A stretch of DNA of 63,391 nucleotides, counting the filler, from Reticulomyxa filosa (lineage: Eukaryota; Protista; Foraminifera): assembly GCA_000512085.1 (NCBI GenBank). It is 21 parts of 21 records of this genome, joined end to end, with 100 filler letters (N's around TTAATTAATTAA, not from the genome) between each part and the next. Parts side by side here need not be neighbours in the genome. Positions count along the whole stretch, not along the records: positions 20,912 to 25,938 come from ASPP01024022.1; positions 26,039 to 28,470 come from ASPP01023627.1; positions 28,571 to 32,376 come from ASPP01006962.1; positions 32,477 to 35,967 come from ASPP01012405.1; positions 36,068 to 37,186 come from ASPP01022047.1; positions 37,287 to 38,684 come from ASPP01008956.1; 15 more parts are not named here. One strand, given 5' to 3'. Shown piece after piece: positions 25,421-38,670 of the stretch. A program made the position numbers and the translations under genes. The notes under the pieces were generated by a model that did not search any database, was not told the DNA's origin, and was given only the letters and a program-made list of their open reading frames with translations. Each line of letters starts with the position of its first letter. Positions within the stretch are counted from its first letter, which is position 1.

Positions 25421-25840
25421 ATGACGTCAGGTTGGAGAGAGACCTTAAAGAAGAAGCTTTCAGATGTGGCCTCATCCGACTTAACTCAAAATCTGTCGAG
25501 TCAGTTTTCTCACGCATTCCAATCAACAAAGCAGAACGCATCGTCAGCGATGACATTTTTGAAACAATTGACGACACATGAGCCACAAAAGATGATTCAA
25601 GCGGAAGAGTTGGAGATATATTACGTGACACCTCGAATGATTGCGATGCCATTTCCAAGCCAAGAGACATTACTGAGCAACACGACATTGGAGAAGCACA
25701 AGCTGGTCAACCAATTGACGGACATGATCAGTGAGTCATTGGCCAAAAAAATAAGTCGTCATCTAAACCAATATCACCCGAACCGTTACATGATTTGGAA
25801 TTTGTCGGAGACCTCTTATGACAATGAGCTCTCGCAAGTG
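25421..25840 (+). CDS. PTEN/tensin/auxilin-type phosphatase-like domain protein, first exon (truncated)
   Basis: IYYVTPRMIAMPFPS...HLNQYHPNRYMIWNLSETSYD. Confidence 0.8.
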
Positions 25841-26149
25841 TAGTATTTTTGTTTATTTTATGTTGTATGTATGTTGGTGACAAAATGAAATTGAACAATT
25901 GTATTTTTTGATCGAAGCCAAAAAAAAAAAAAAAAAAANNNNNNNNNNNNNNNNNNNNNNNNNNNNNNNNNNNNNNNNNNNNTTAATTAATTAANNNNNN
26001 NNNNNNNNNNNNNNNNNNNNNNNNNNNNNNNNNNNNNNGGGGGGAGGGTTCAAGCTTGGAAACAAAGAAGGGAGAGAGGGGAGGAGAGAAAAAAAAGAAA
26101 AACGTATACAAATAATTGTGAACAAAACAATGCCTACACGATGACAACT

Positions 26150-28425
26150 TTAGCATTAATTGGAGGCAACAATATGAAGTTATGTCTGGCCTTGGCATGG
26201 CGTATCATCGTGAACTATTCCATTGACGAGCCCCAGTCGGATGAAGTGCTTGACGATTCGATGCGCAACTATTGTTTAGGATATGCTTATGTACATATAC
26301 ATACACATACATATGTATATACATGTACATATATATATATATATTTTTTTTTTTTAAATAAGGGGGGGTTAGAGGAGGACATGAAAAAAAAAGGTAATAA
26401 TAATAATAATAACAAACAACAAATAAAGTTAATTCACCAGAAGAGAGACTATTGCATTGGTGCAACGAACATTTGCCAGACAAAATAAAGATAGGAAACT
26501 TTACAACAGACTTTCAAAGCGGCATGGCATTAGTCTATTTGCTAAATGCGGCGCTTCGAGAGGACGAGCGATTGTCGCAAGATGACATCGAAGACATGGA
26601 CGCAGATGACCTGATCAAACATGTGCTGGGCTATGCGGAGGATCGACTGAAAATCCCGCAATTATTAGACGTGCGACATATTTTAGAAAACCCGGATAAG
26701 CAAGCAATGATGACGTATGTGTCTTTGGTTCGAACGGCTGTGGACAACCGCGAGCAAGAGCGCTCCAAGCTGAACCAATCGATGGCCAAAATGAAAGAGG
26801 CATTCAATTCGTTGGAAGACCAACTGCGAAGTCAAATCACATTTTTGGAAAAGGAACTGCAAGCCACCAAAATGGAAACGGAAATGGAAAAAAGCAACTT
26901 GAACGCGGAAATAGACAAACACAACCAAGAAAAGACCAATTGGACACAAGAGCGGACCAAATATCTCAATGAAATTGAAACGTTGAAACAACAAATGAAC
27001 GACTTGAAGCACGAATCTCAAATGGCTATCTCCGCCAAAGATTCGGAAGCCTTTGCCCTTAGGCAGCAAATTAAAGATATCAATGAAAAGGTTTCCAAGT
27101 TGGATTCTGAAAATGCCCGACTAAGGGCCAGAATTGAAGAGGTTAGATTATAACGTTAATGTATACTTTTTTTTCTCCTGTTTATTGTCTATATGTTTTT
27201 GTATCCACTGGACACCACTATATAATATTTCCTCCCCCTTTCGCAGCCCCCTTTTTTTCTATGGCCGTGCGTGTGTACACGTGCAAATATGATAATAGTT
27301 GACACGAGACAAGGAAGAAAGCGAACAGTACCAAACGCCCTCGGGGATAACTATCGAAGAATTGCAGATGCAAGTGAAGTCGTTTGAAGAGCATATCAGC
27401 AAACAAAAGGCATATTACGAAGGAGTTTGGTGACGTATATTGTTTTTTTTTTCCTCTCACTGGGATGTTTCGGATTTATATATATGTGTACATATACACA
27501 TACAAAAGCACATCCGTGATTTAGAGCAGTATTGGGAAGAGCAAAGAAAAAAATTCAATGATTACTACAATGAATACAAAGACAAATTGGCAAGGTCAAA
27601 CAAAGCGGGTCGCGAGTATCGTGACAAATGCAGCAAACTTGAAAACGAAATGGAGCGCGTGACAATAAAACTTCAGCAGTTTGAAAATGAACAACTCATT
27701 AAAACCCAACAATTGGAAGACTATAAAGCCAGATGTATGAAACAAAACGTGGGTTTTTTTTTTTAAAACTCGATCATACAAACTGCATAACAAAGAGAGA
27801 GAGAGAGAGAGAAAGAAAGAAAGAAAGAGAGGGCATGCTCCTCTCATTTAACCAAGATGTGTGATTGTTTGTGGATTGTCAATATGCCAATGTCACAAAA
27901 CAGCCAAAGATTTGCAAGATCAAATGAAATCGCAAGAGGCAATGTTTCGACTGCAATTGCACGAGTTGGGCACGTACATCAAAGACATGAAAAAGCAGGA
28001 GCAAGAGCGAAAGAAAGCCGAGCAGGAATTTGCCCGTGAGTTGATTGAATACGACAAACAAATCCGATCGTTTTTCGTGGCCAATGGATACCAAGCACCT
28101 GTCGTGCCTTTGTTGCCTGGGGTGCTCAAGTCACAAAAGAAAAGCAACGCCGGGCAGTTGGATCGAAATGTCTCACAACAAGTGTATTCTCCAGAAAAGC
28201 CATCCAATATCAAGGCTCCAAGTCCAAGTTTATTCTTGCATGAGACAGAGTATAACTAACATTACAATAAAACACTTTCAAATAATAATAATAATAATAA
28301 TAAATAATAAAAGAAAAACAGCCCAGCGAAGAATATCCAGAATTTCCAGAAGAGTCAGCGAGGTCAGATGACGACGCAATCTACGACAAACCACCAGAAA
28401 ACGCGGACCAAGGTGAAACTACTGA
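26150..28425 (+). CDS. Actinin-type calponin-homology (CH-CH) plus long coiled-coil protein (cortexillin-like architecture), partial, multi-exon
   Basis: GGNNMKLCLALAWRII (CH1 end); LLHWCNEHL..NFTTDFQSGMALVYLL..AEDRLKIPQLLD..PDKQAMMTYVS (CH2); then extended heptads. Confidence 0.8.
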
Positions 28426-28689
28426 AGGCGGCTTTGTCAATAAAGGTGTGCATATATAATATGTATATATNNNNNNNNNNNNNNNNNNNNNNNNNNNNNN
28501 NNNNNNNNNNNNNNTTAATTAATTAANNNNNNNNNNNNNNNNNNNNNNNNNNNNNNNNNNNNNNNNNNNNTTTTGCTTTTTTTAAATTTTTTTTTTTCCC
28601 TCCCTTTTGTAACCTCCCCTTTTTTTTTTTCCCGCCCCCTCCCCTCTCTCTATCTCGATTTGTAGCAGAGATTCAAAAAAAGCACAAAC

Positions 28690-29378
28690 CAGGATTTGTT
28701 TGCGATTTAATTTTCAAAACATCCAAAGGTAATAAAACAACCTCGCCCATGCCGACCAAGGCACCAGAAACTGCATTTTGCATATCTTTCGAATTTCTGC
28801 CAAATTTGTGATCAAACCAGGTACCATATCTTTCCGTAATTACCGGTGTCAATATTGGCTGACTGCCAAATTTGTACGTTCGTTGTAATATCTTGTATAC
28901 AGCTCCAAATGAAACACCAGGAAACAAACTCAGCCATCTTTCATAAGTGTTTCATGTGTGCATATATCAGGGATGTTTTTTTTTTTGAGTTTGTGAAATG
29001 TTAATTAAATTGAGTTTGAAAAAAAAAAAATTGTGATCGTGTTTCCACGTGTGCACGTAAAAATTGGGTTATTATGTTTTGTGTTTGCTTGTTTTTTTTT
29101 TTTGGTCTCATTTTTTACTTGCCAAAGAATCCTCTATCAACATCTTTTCTGAAGAGGACTTGGTTCAATCGTGCCATGTTTTCACGGCGAGGCGCACCAC
29201 TTTGGAATATGGCTGTTGTATTGCTCATTAAACGTTTGGCAATGGTATCAATTGGATGAAATATTATCACTTCCAAAATCCCGCTTACCGAACTTCCAAT
29301 CACGTATGGTAGTGAGTCTTCCTTGCTCTTCTTTTTGCCACTATCACCACCATGTCCTCCCTGAGCACCATGTGCCAT
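28690..29378 (-). CDS. GGC1: Mitochondrial GTP/GDP carrier (Ggc1/Yhm1-type), first two exons
   Basis: GILEVIIFHPIDTIAKRLMSN; LFPGVSFGAVYKILQRTYKFGSQP; GMGEVVLLPLDVLKIKSQTNP. These are near-identical to remembered yeast Ggc1 motifs. Confidence 0.85.
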
Positions 29379-29899
29379 TTCTTCCTTTTGTTTTGCGATA
29401 CTCTTACTTATATGGATAACAAAACAAGCGGGAAAATCAAAATACTGATTTTAAAGTTTTTTTTCTTTACACAGCCACTACTTCAATATAATTAACCCCA
29501 TCCAAATACAAGAGCAGCCACGCACTTGCCGTTGTGTTCTTAGTGCATATATTCTTATTTCTAATTTAAAAGTATTCAAGTATGTTATTTCGGCAAGCTT
29601 TGTTAGAAACACTAGAGAGCTATCTTGTGAATTGAAATTTTCTGATCGGCTAAAGAAATAAATTAATGTTATTGTCAAATTGGTAAAGTAAACTGTTGTA
29701 AACTTTAACTTATTCACTATTCTACAATGTTTTTATGGGCTGTGAAAAAGCCTGAAAACGAAAGAAATTGTTTCTTAAAAAAAACTATTCCGTAACACAG
29801 TTTTTTTCTCGCTGTCATTTACAGTACTATTGAGCCAATCCAAGGCGTTTGACTGAGAATAAAGCGGAAAGATTAGATTGAAGCTACGAAAATTTGAAC

Positions 29900-30124
29900 A
29901 TGCCAGAACGTCTTCCTTATTACAAATGGCTACCGTTGGTTAATTTTACTATCGCTACCTCTGCGCTGTTATTTCAAATTGGAGTGTTATATCCGTGGCA
30001 CACCGAAATTTCAAAACAAGTTGACGAATTAATTGCTGTTGATGCTCAGCGCGCAGGACAAGCCGTGATGTTAAACGCACCCCTACAAGCAAACGTCAGC
30101 GCAACTTCGCAGACAAAAAAATAA
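29900..30124 (+). CDS. Small single-TM conserved protein (VNFxxAxSALxFQxxVLYPWH family)
   Basis: Complete 74-aa ORF MPERLPYYKWLPLVNFTIATSALLFQIGVLYPWHTEIS...; the motif is recalled from small uncharacterised fungal/protist proteins. Confidence 0.7.
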   Translation: MPERLPYYKWLPLVNFTIATSALLFQIGVLYPWHTEISKQVDELIAVDAQRAGQAVMLNAPLQANVSATSQTKK

Positions 30125-30269
30125 GATAAAATCATTTTTTGTGGTTGTTGGTCTTTTTTTGTCAGTTGTCGAAATGATTGTCTTTTGTGTTGTTTCGCTC
30201 TCTTAACGTGTATTTTTCAATTTATTTGTTTTTTTGCAAGCTCTTTTTCTTTCAAAACACAAACTGGCA

Positions 30270-31400
30270 CGACCACTTTACATACTGAATCACACAAAGA
30301 GTTCCCAAAAAGGTCATCCTTTTTCGGGAAACAAGGACTGAGGATCTTCAGTCCCCTTTTTCTGCAAGGAGCTGCTTTTTGTCATTTATCGGCTGAATTT
30401 ACAAAAAATAAAAAGCTAATGTGGGTTTTTTATTAGTTTTGAACCAAAAAAGTTGTTTCTTGCCTTTTCACAACAGTTCGCTTTTTTCAACTTCTCCAAG
30501 AAACGTGAATGACTTAACAACGGAGTAGAATTGTAATGTTATCAAGCCAACAGCGTTTTCCTCTTTTTTTGTGTTTTAATGAACGTAAATGCTGATATTT
30601 GACTCCAAAGGCAACAACTAAAAGTCTCCTTGGTATACCGTGTCAGATTTTTAACACGGAGAACCTTTACGAACTGAAAACAAAGTCCAAGGTTTGCAAG
30701 CACTTTGCCTCAAGCAGTGACAATGATTGGACAAAATCAAAACAACACATTGGCCTTGAAATAAAAGAGCACAAAGACAGAATATTGGTGGACAACAAAT
30801 TTCAAAAATTTTTTGAGCGAGCTCTAGATCACTTTATCACAGCATCACATATGCTAAAGAAAAAAAAACTGAACATTGCACTGGTCAAAAAAAACAGCAA
30901 AATCAAGCAACAAAGGACAAGTTTTCAAATGGTAAGTTTGATAATTCTTGGATGCGCAGATGTACCATACCAAGGGCAGGTACCCCACTGGCGTTTCTAC
31001 CAGTGCATTGCCTGGGTCTGGATAAACCATCAGACAAGAATCTCGGTGCCAGCTTTACTTAAGTTACGCCACCTATATTCATTCGACATTGAAACATTTT
31101 TAAAAAAAACAACTATTTACACTAAAGTATAAAAAAGTTTGACAGCCGCACGTTTCTGTTGAATATAGTCACAGCACCGTCAACTTGCCGACTACACTAC
31201 TTTGAGGAAAGACATAATAAGAACTTGTTGCCACTGCCATTGTCATTGATGCCAAATGAACAAAATTCAAACATCGAGTCGTTGCTTGGTTGTTGTTATT
31301 GTCAATGCGATTGAAATGGGTGTTTGTTGAATAATTCAGGTAATCGCTGTTCATATTTTCATTTTGCACAATATCTTCCAAAACCAGCACATAGAATGCA
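30270..31400 (-). pseudogene. Possible decayed voltage-gated/BK-type cation channel
   Basis: A minus-strand segment reads YFKANVLF*FCPIIVTA*GKVLANLGLCFQFVKVLRVKNLTRYTKE (S3-S4-like), with stops. Confidence 0.3.
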
Positions 31401-32504
31401 CAATAACGCGTGCTTATAATACTATTGCATTAACTTATTTTCCTCGTGGATTTGATTTGTTTTTGCAGTCCAACACTAGGTACGATTGCAGTTTCAGTTT
31501 TTTTTGCAGCGAGCCTTGGCACTTGTTTAAAGTCTGCATACACAGTTTTTGAACTTGCAGTTCGTCCAACACTTCATGCAAAGTATCAACACTGCGCCGG
31601 CTCATTTTTTTTCTATTCTAATTTAAATTGTTTTCGGATTTCTTCTTTTGATCCAATGGTCCATTTTTGAATACTTTCGTTTTCACTATCCACCACAGAT
31701 TTTCGATTTAGTTCAGGTCTGGAGAATTTGTAGTGAAATTTAATACTTTGAAAGCATTTTATTCAAGATATTTTTTTGCTGTAATTTCTTTGTGAATAGT
31801 TGAATTATCTTGATGAAATATCCAATTTCAATTATCTTCTAAACACAAATTAATGCTTTTTGATTATTTGATCAACTAGAATTTCTTTGTAAATATATGC
31901 ATTTACATATCAATTAATGTTATGCATTAACAGATCTTAACAATCCAAAACAAGACCACACGATTATGTTTCTACTACAAAATTGATGTTTTTATGATGA
32001 AAGTCATATTCGATTTACGCACACATTCATGACTTACACAAAATTATTTTGCAACTTTGCGCAAACTCCAGCAATGGCTCAAAAGCTCAACAGCAAGTCT
32101 TTTGTTAAAATTTTCAATCATTTAGTAATTTTCAAAAAAAATTAAAAAAACTCAAATATCGAACTACATTTATCTAAAAAAAAAAAGAAAAATAAAGTAT
32201 AATATATTGAAATATTAGTAAATATTTAATAAAAACCAAAATGATATTTAAAAAGTACAATATTTGTATATATTTTTTAAAAAATTAAGTATGAATGTTG
32301 TTTTTTAATGTAGAAAATCAATAATTTCTATAATGTGCTGTTTTATTTGTCAACTTTACTTTGCATTATACTGTATNNNNNNNNNNNNNNNNNNNNNNNN
32401 NNNNNNNNNNNNNNNNNNNNTTAATTAATTAANNNNNNNNNNNNNNNNNNNNNNNNNNNNNNNNNNNNNNNNNNNNAGCAAACTTCTAAAAAAAAAAAAA
32501 AAAA

Positions 32505-33227
32505 GGGAATTTGGTTGAATCGTGTGCGATTGGATTGGTCGATTATGACCCATTTACGTACATGCCATTCATTTTGGCATTTGAATCAGCATTGAGCAGC
32601 TCGAGTTGTGATGAAAATGCCTACACGATCGCTCAACAGATTGCCCCTCAATACGGATATGATTGGACCTCCCTGCACAACTGTATTGACAGCAATCAAG
32701 GTAAGCTTTGTCCACGCACTTTTCAAAAGGGAAAAAAAAAAAAAAAAATAATCCATATACATAAATCGCGAATCAATGAACACATTGCAATTGTATGACC
32801 CATATCTAGGTATGGAATTTCAACATGAAATGGCCGTAGCGACGGAAGACTTAAACCCACCTCATACCTATGTTCCTTGGATCGTCGTCGACAATGTGCA
32901 CAACGAAGCGGAACAGGTTTGGTGTCTCATACTCATATTGATTAGTTCTGATATTTGATCTTGCATTTCTTTTTCTTTTGTTGTTGTGACTTAGGATGAA
33001 TGTCAAGATGACTTGCTAGAGTTAAGCTGAAGTATCCTTTACTTGTTTAAAAAATGATTACATTTGCCGACATAACAAAACATCACACTACTTTATCCTT
33101 TGTATCGAAAAATATGCATGTTTCCTTTTTTAGATGTGTTTGCCGAAGATATCAAGGTCAATCTCCAGCTTGTAAACACGATGGGATTGAGACTCATAGA
33201 ACATACGCCAGCCAAAATTTTCCTTAA
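32505..33227 (+). CDS. IFI30: GILT (gamma-interferon-inducible lysosomal thiol reductase) family, C-terminal exons
   Basis: GNLVESCAI...LHNCIDSNQG | MAVATEDLNPPHTYVPWIVVD | DDLLE | CVCRRYQGQSPAC; stop at 33225-33227. Confidence 0.85.
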
Positions 33228-33697
33228 ATTTGTTTTATTTCAAGCCAGTGAGAAAAAATGTTACAATGAGCTGTAATGTGTTGTATATTTTGTTTAATTT
33301 TGCCTGGTAATAACTTGAAAAGAAAAAAGTTTTAGTTCATCAAAAGGCATTTGTTTCCAAACGTAAAACAGTGAGTCTAAAAAAAAAAAGTGCTTTTCTT
33401 TGTTTCAGAGAATATCATCGGAAAATTAGCTAAAACAATGCATGAACTTATTTGGCTCACATTTTAAATTGGCAATCAAGTCCACAAAAATTTCTATGGT
33501 ATCAATATACAAAACAATCTTCACACTCAGTTTAAAAATGACGACCGTCTTTCTTATCACTCGTCCATTAAAAGAAATACCAAATAAAAATAATTATTGT
33601 GGCCCGAGGACCCGTGGAAGATAAACAAGACTCAAAGAGAGAGGGGAAAAAAAGGCTTGTTATTTGTTTGTTTAATAAAAAATTATTAAACCACAAA

Positions 33698-34657
33698 TTA
33701 CTGTAAAGCTTTTTGTACAATACTTAGTGATTCCAAATCTTGTGTTTCACGAACAAAGGATTGAAAAGCGGCTAGCAAGTCAATAGAATTGGAGTTTTCT
33801 AGCAAATATAAGACATCTTGGCGACAAATTTCAGTAAGTGCTGCTTCTTTATGGTGTTGTTGAGCTTCTAATTCGTGAAGTTGATGAAGTAATTGGTCTT
33901 TACGATGTGAACGAGAAATAGTAGAATCCAGGCTTTGCCCAGGCTCACTTTCTTGTAATTTGGTATCTGATTCTTGTTTAGCATCGTAATGATCTGGAGA
34001 ATTACGGTTTTTTAAATACGCAGAATATGTATCTTCACTGTTTACTGTGGCGTATACAATGCGAATATTCTCGGCCTCATTAGTTGGCAATGCAGTCATT
34101 GATATATTCAACTTGTGTGCTTCAGTTTCTTCTTCCCCTGCTGGTTTTTTTTTTTTTTTTTTGGAATGGAATTGTCTTTTAAATGAAACAGAAGTAATCA
34201 GTCAAAAAGTACAAAAAATGGTAATGTAATATGGTTAACAGGGATGTGTTTATGTTTTTAAAAAACTTTCGGTGTGGGCTTGAGGTGCTCCTGGAGGCTT
34301 CGGGGTACGTTTTAACATTTCTTTCACTCTCGCTTTAGAGGTACTTTTATTTTGATCGGTTGGATTATTTTTTTTGTTATTTGTAGCATTTGCTGATGAA
34401 TTTGTGTTGGTTGTTCCTGTCGAATTGGGTTTTGGGATCTTTGGGATCATCACCTGCGCAAAAGGACTTCCCGATTGACTTGGACTACGTTGTGCAAAAT
34501 AAGGTTGTGGGGCTTGCGAACTTGTATTTTGCGACTGCGCACGAGTGATTCCTGGAGAAGAAGACTTATCATCCTCTGCCGCAGTGGAGGTTATTTGTGT
34601 GGCACGACGCGGCGGTGGCGGTCGATTATTTGATGAAAGTTTATTTGTGCTTGTCAT
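33698..34657 (-). CDS. Hypothetical protein, two exons, low-complexity S/T/N/P N-terminus
   Basis: ORFs 34250-34657 and 33698-34140 are separated by a GT...CAG intron; no family recognised. Confidence 0.55.
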
Positions 34658-34971
34658 GTGACAATAATTCTTTGGGAGTTTTTTATTACCTTATTTTCTT
34701 GCCCTTTTCATTTTTGTTTTGTTGTTTTTCTTTTCTTTGGCAAAATATTGCTTTTTCTAAAATTTGCCTAAAGAAGACAAGCACATCTCCCAGTGCGTTC
34801 AGATACAACCCCCAACTTAAAGAAGCGTGCTCTCATTGGAAAATTTAAAAAATTCAAAACTAAACAAACGAAGCATCCAAAAAAAAAAGAAAAAAACACA
34901 AAAAAGAAAAACAACATACAAAACAAACCCCAAAATAGTCAAAGGAACAAAACCTCCCCCCCCCCCTCGTT

Positions 34972-35890
34972 TCAGTTTTCACATTCTGACTCGCTCTCGT
35001 CTTTGAAGTTAGTATCCAACAATGTTTCTACTACCAGTAATTGCTGCAAACACAAAAATGTATTTGTTAAATCACAAGACATAAGACGATAGAATGGAAG
35101 CAAACAGACAAAAAAAAAAAAGAACAAATAATACCTGTGTTAAATCATGTATTTTGTCTTCATACATTTCTTTCATGTACTGCAACTTCATATTTTCTTT
35201 TTGTAGTTCGAGTGCTAATTTCTCCATTTTGTCATTGGGCTGTATCACAGGTATGGATATACTGTGACTTGGAGAGTGAATGAGGACACTCTCACAGCTA
35301 GAAGAGCCAATAAACGGACTCATGTCTTCTTCATTTTCTTTTCTCTCGCTCAATGAGTCATTGAAAGTAGAAAACACTCGTTCCAACTTGTCGACTTTCT
35401 CATGACTTTGTCGAAGTTTCGTCTGCAACTCTTCCACTTCCCTTTCCAATTGGATATTCTTTTGTTGATATTCCTTTGTGTTCCAATCAACCAACAGATA
35501 TGGGTTTATATTGTAGCCGAAGCACAAATATTTTGCTTTTTTTTTTTTTTTTTTTTTGGTACCCATTTCTCACCTGATTTTCTTGTTGTGCGATTTTGAG
35601 TAAACGTGCCAATTTTTCGATTTCTTCACGTAATACCCTCATTCCTAATAGGGTGCTCATTTCATGCTGTGACAAAAACAGCAAAAAAAAAAAAAAAAAA
35701 AAAGAAGCAGATGTAGCAAACATGGAAATTGTGTATTTGCAAATGAAAAGCAAAACTGGTTGAATGACGGCCATTCCAGTATTTAAGCTGGCATGACGTA
35801 TCAGCCCTACGCCCGAAATGAATGGTCCATCCTCGTCGTCTGACTTTTCGGGCTGATTGTTGAAGCACGGCATCGATGCTTTCCAAAACA
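34972..35890 (-). CDS. Coiled-coil protein, C-terminal exons (partial)
   Basis: Exons encode KNIQLEREVEELQTKLRQSHEKVDKLE and MEKLALELQKENMKLQ; the last exon ends ...ESESECEN* at 34972. Confidence 0.55.
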
Positions 35891-36079
35891 AATAGAGAGA
35901 CAACACACCCCATTTGCATTTGTATCTTCTTATCTCTGATCTCTTTTCAAATTGCAAAAAAAAAAAANNNNNNNNNNNNNNNNNNNNNNNNNNNNNNNNN
36001 NNNNNNNNNNNTTAATTAATTAANNNNNNNNNNNNNNNNNNNNNNNNNNNNNNNNNNNNNNNNNNNNTTTTTTTTTTTT

Positions 36080-37020
36080 TTATATGCCACGTAATATGTG
36101 GCGAAAGTACGGGCCAATCGCCCAAATCCATATTGGCATCCCCCACTGGAGGATCTGCCACAAATCCACATCCACCATAGCCATCAACTCCATCACTTTC
36201 CAATATTGCCACTTCATAAAGAAGTGTGGAGGATGGCATTCATCGCCATTTGGGCCGTATATTCGCCCACAACGACGCCAATTGCCATTTGGCACTGATG
36301 GCCACCACTGCCAAACATTTATGTTGGTTATGGCCATATAACCAACATAAATGGATGCTGATGCCAGCATCAGGCAAAAAATGATTGCAAATATGATTTG
36401 CAATTGCGCCATCCATCCCCATAATTTTGGTTCATTGGGGCATGGCGTCTTTTCTATATCAATAAAAAACCATATACACACACACATATTATATACACAC
36501 TAAATAATATAAATATAAATATAAAAAATAAACATACTTGTACTTGGGTATTTATACCCCATATTGCGCTTTGCGCCTTCACAATCTATATATTTACACA
36601 ATACACACACACATTATATACACATTAAATAATATAAATATCAATATAAAAAATAAACATACTTGTAATTGGGTATTTATACCCCATCTTGCGCTTTGCG
36701 CCTTCCCAATCTATATATTTACACAATACACACAAACAAACAAACAATTAAATATACATATATAATATTTTTTAAATATATTATCTTAACATATTTTGGC
36801 TGGGACTTCATCATCCCACCAAATCTCCTTCTTTTCTTTTTTTTCTTCTTTTTTCCATTTTCCCCAATTATCAAATTTTTCTATTTTCTTTATCTCCATT
36901 CTTAGCCGCATCATCTCCAGTCCAATTTTCATTTTTCTTTCATGGTCGTCGCTATCATTGTCGCTATCGCTGCATAGCTCCTTGTAATCGTCATTATCAT
37001 CGTCGCCATCATTGAAAAAA
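36080..37020 (-). CDS. Hypothetical membrane protein, internal exons including two duplicated 48-nt exons
   Basis: Exons at about 37020-36791, 36710-36663, 36585-36538 and from 36453 downward join at phase-1 junctions. TM segment LQIIFAIIFCLMLASASIYVGYMAI. Confidence 0.6.
36474..36733. repeat. Tandem duplication, about 125-bp unit x2
   Basis: Two near-identical copies of ...aaataaacatacttgta[c/a]ttgggtatttataccccat[a/c]ttgcgctttgcgccttc[a/c]caatctatatatttacacaatacacac. Confidence 0.95.
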
Positions 37021-37299
37021 CCTATAATTATTATATTTATACATGCAAACACACAAAAAAAGGTCAATGTATGTACAAAAAAATAATGATCAACGAATAT
37101 ACATATAAAAAAATATAAAAAATATGCATAGTTACATATAAATACATGCAATCATGACATAGAAATGTCATGTGCACATATGTATANNNNNNNNNNNNNN
37201 NNNNNNNNNNNNNNNNNNNNNNNNNNNNNNTTAATTAATTAANNNNNNNNNNNNNNNNNNNNNNNNNNNNNNNNNNNNNNNNNNNNTACTGTAGGTGAA

Positions 37300-38670
37300 A
37301 TGAAAGTAACATCAAATTTTGTTATTGGCCACAAACTGCAAAAAATATCCAAAACTTCAATTGATTTAATGGTGAATAGAATTTCAAAAAGGTTGAAAAT
37401 GTATTTGAATTTTTCACGACTACAACTTGAATTTGTTTGAACGGAAAAAACTAAATGTGCTAATACCAAATTTTATTTTCTCTTTTCTTGATCATTTTAA
37501 TTGCTTATAATATAGAACATGTTCCAATGGCTTATTTTACTCGCAAATCGACAAAAAAAAAAGCACTTTATTCCAACGAAATTGGTGCGAGACTCCATCT
37601 CTCCCAAAAAAAAAAACAATCAAAGCAAAGTACGACACTTCATTGATGGTTTTGACTTTGCTACTACTTGTGATCGATTCCCACTTTGATTCCACACTAT
37701 TCATTCGGTGCATCATAAATACCTCGTTGTTATATTTTTTGATAAATTTGCTATACTGGTTTGACAAATATCTTATTATATTTGTTGTTACATTTATTTC
37801 ATTTGATTTTGCCCCCATTTACAATAGGTTACCAAATCAACAGGTAAAATATTTAATCAACAAAAAAAAAGAAATTTTTTTCGGAAATACGGTTGCTCCA
37901 TACGAAATACAAATAAGCAGCAAAGTAACAGCACCAAAGAGCATGAAATAAGAAACTAATGAATATCATTTTGCACGGACTAACGACATTTTCATCTCGC
38001 CATTTATAAGTACATATCTTTATATTTGTTTGTTATTTTTGTTTAAAAAAAAAACAACAAAATTTGTTCTTATCAAAACTGACATGGAGGTGAATGGCAT
38101 CCTTTGAAAATACTCCAGAAAAGCTAAACGCTTGGAATTCTTTTGTTACTTGATCAATGGATACCCCTGTGTTTAATGAATTTAAAATTAAGAATGTTTA
38201 CATGCTTTAGGAAACTCGCTCTATTTTTTGTTACCCTCTTTTTCTACGTATAAAAAAATTATGTACACACCAGCAACCCTTCCATAATTTTCACGGGTCA
38301 TTTCAATAAATGAGTTGGTCTTTCCAATATTCTCTCGTGTTTTTAAAGTGAACAGCCACACAACTTGGCTCTTATACCAGTATGATTGTAGATGAAAATG
38401 CCCAAGCAAGTGCCAACAAACAATAAATGGCACAAATAAAATACAAGCAGTCCTGCAACAAATAAATGAGCATTGCTTTTTGAAAGGTCCGCTTTCAATA
38501 TTACAATCGGGAATGATATCCATCCAATATAAGCAAGCCAAGCCAACCTCCGATATAAATAGGCAACACACGGATGTTTTTTTGTGTCGATGGGGAGCGA
38601 TTTCGCTGGAAACGCTTCGGTCACTCCATTTTGTAAAAATGGTGAATGTAGACAATTGAGGGCATAACCG
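37300..38670 (-). CDS. Hypothetical multi-pass membrane protein, internal exons
   Basis: Hydrophobic exonic segments LAWLAYIGWISFPIVIL, LFVAGLLVFYLCHLLFVGTCLGIFIY and MIFISFLFHALWCCYFAAYLYFVW; no family recognised. Confidence 0.4.

Noticed and set aside
30599-31132. 177-aa plus-strand ORF
   Set aside because: Non-ATG start and no motifs; coding signal appears to be on the minus strand as a relic.
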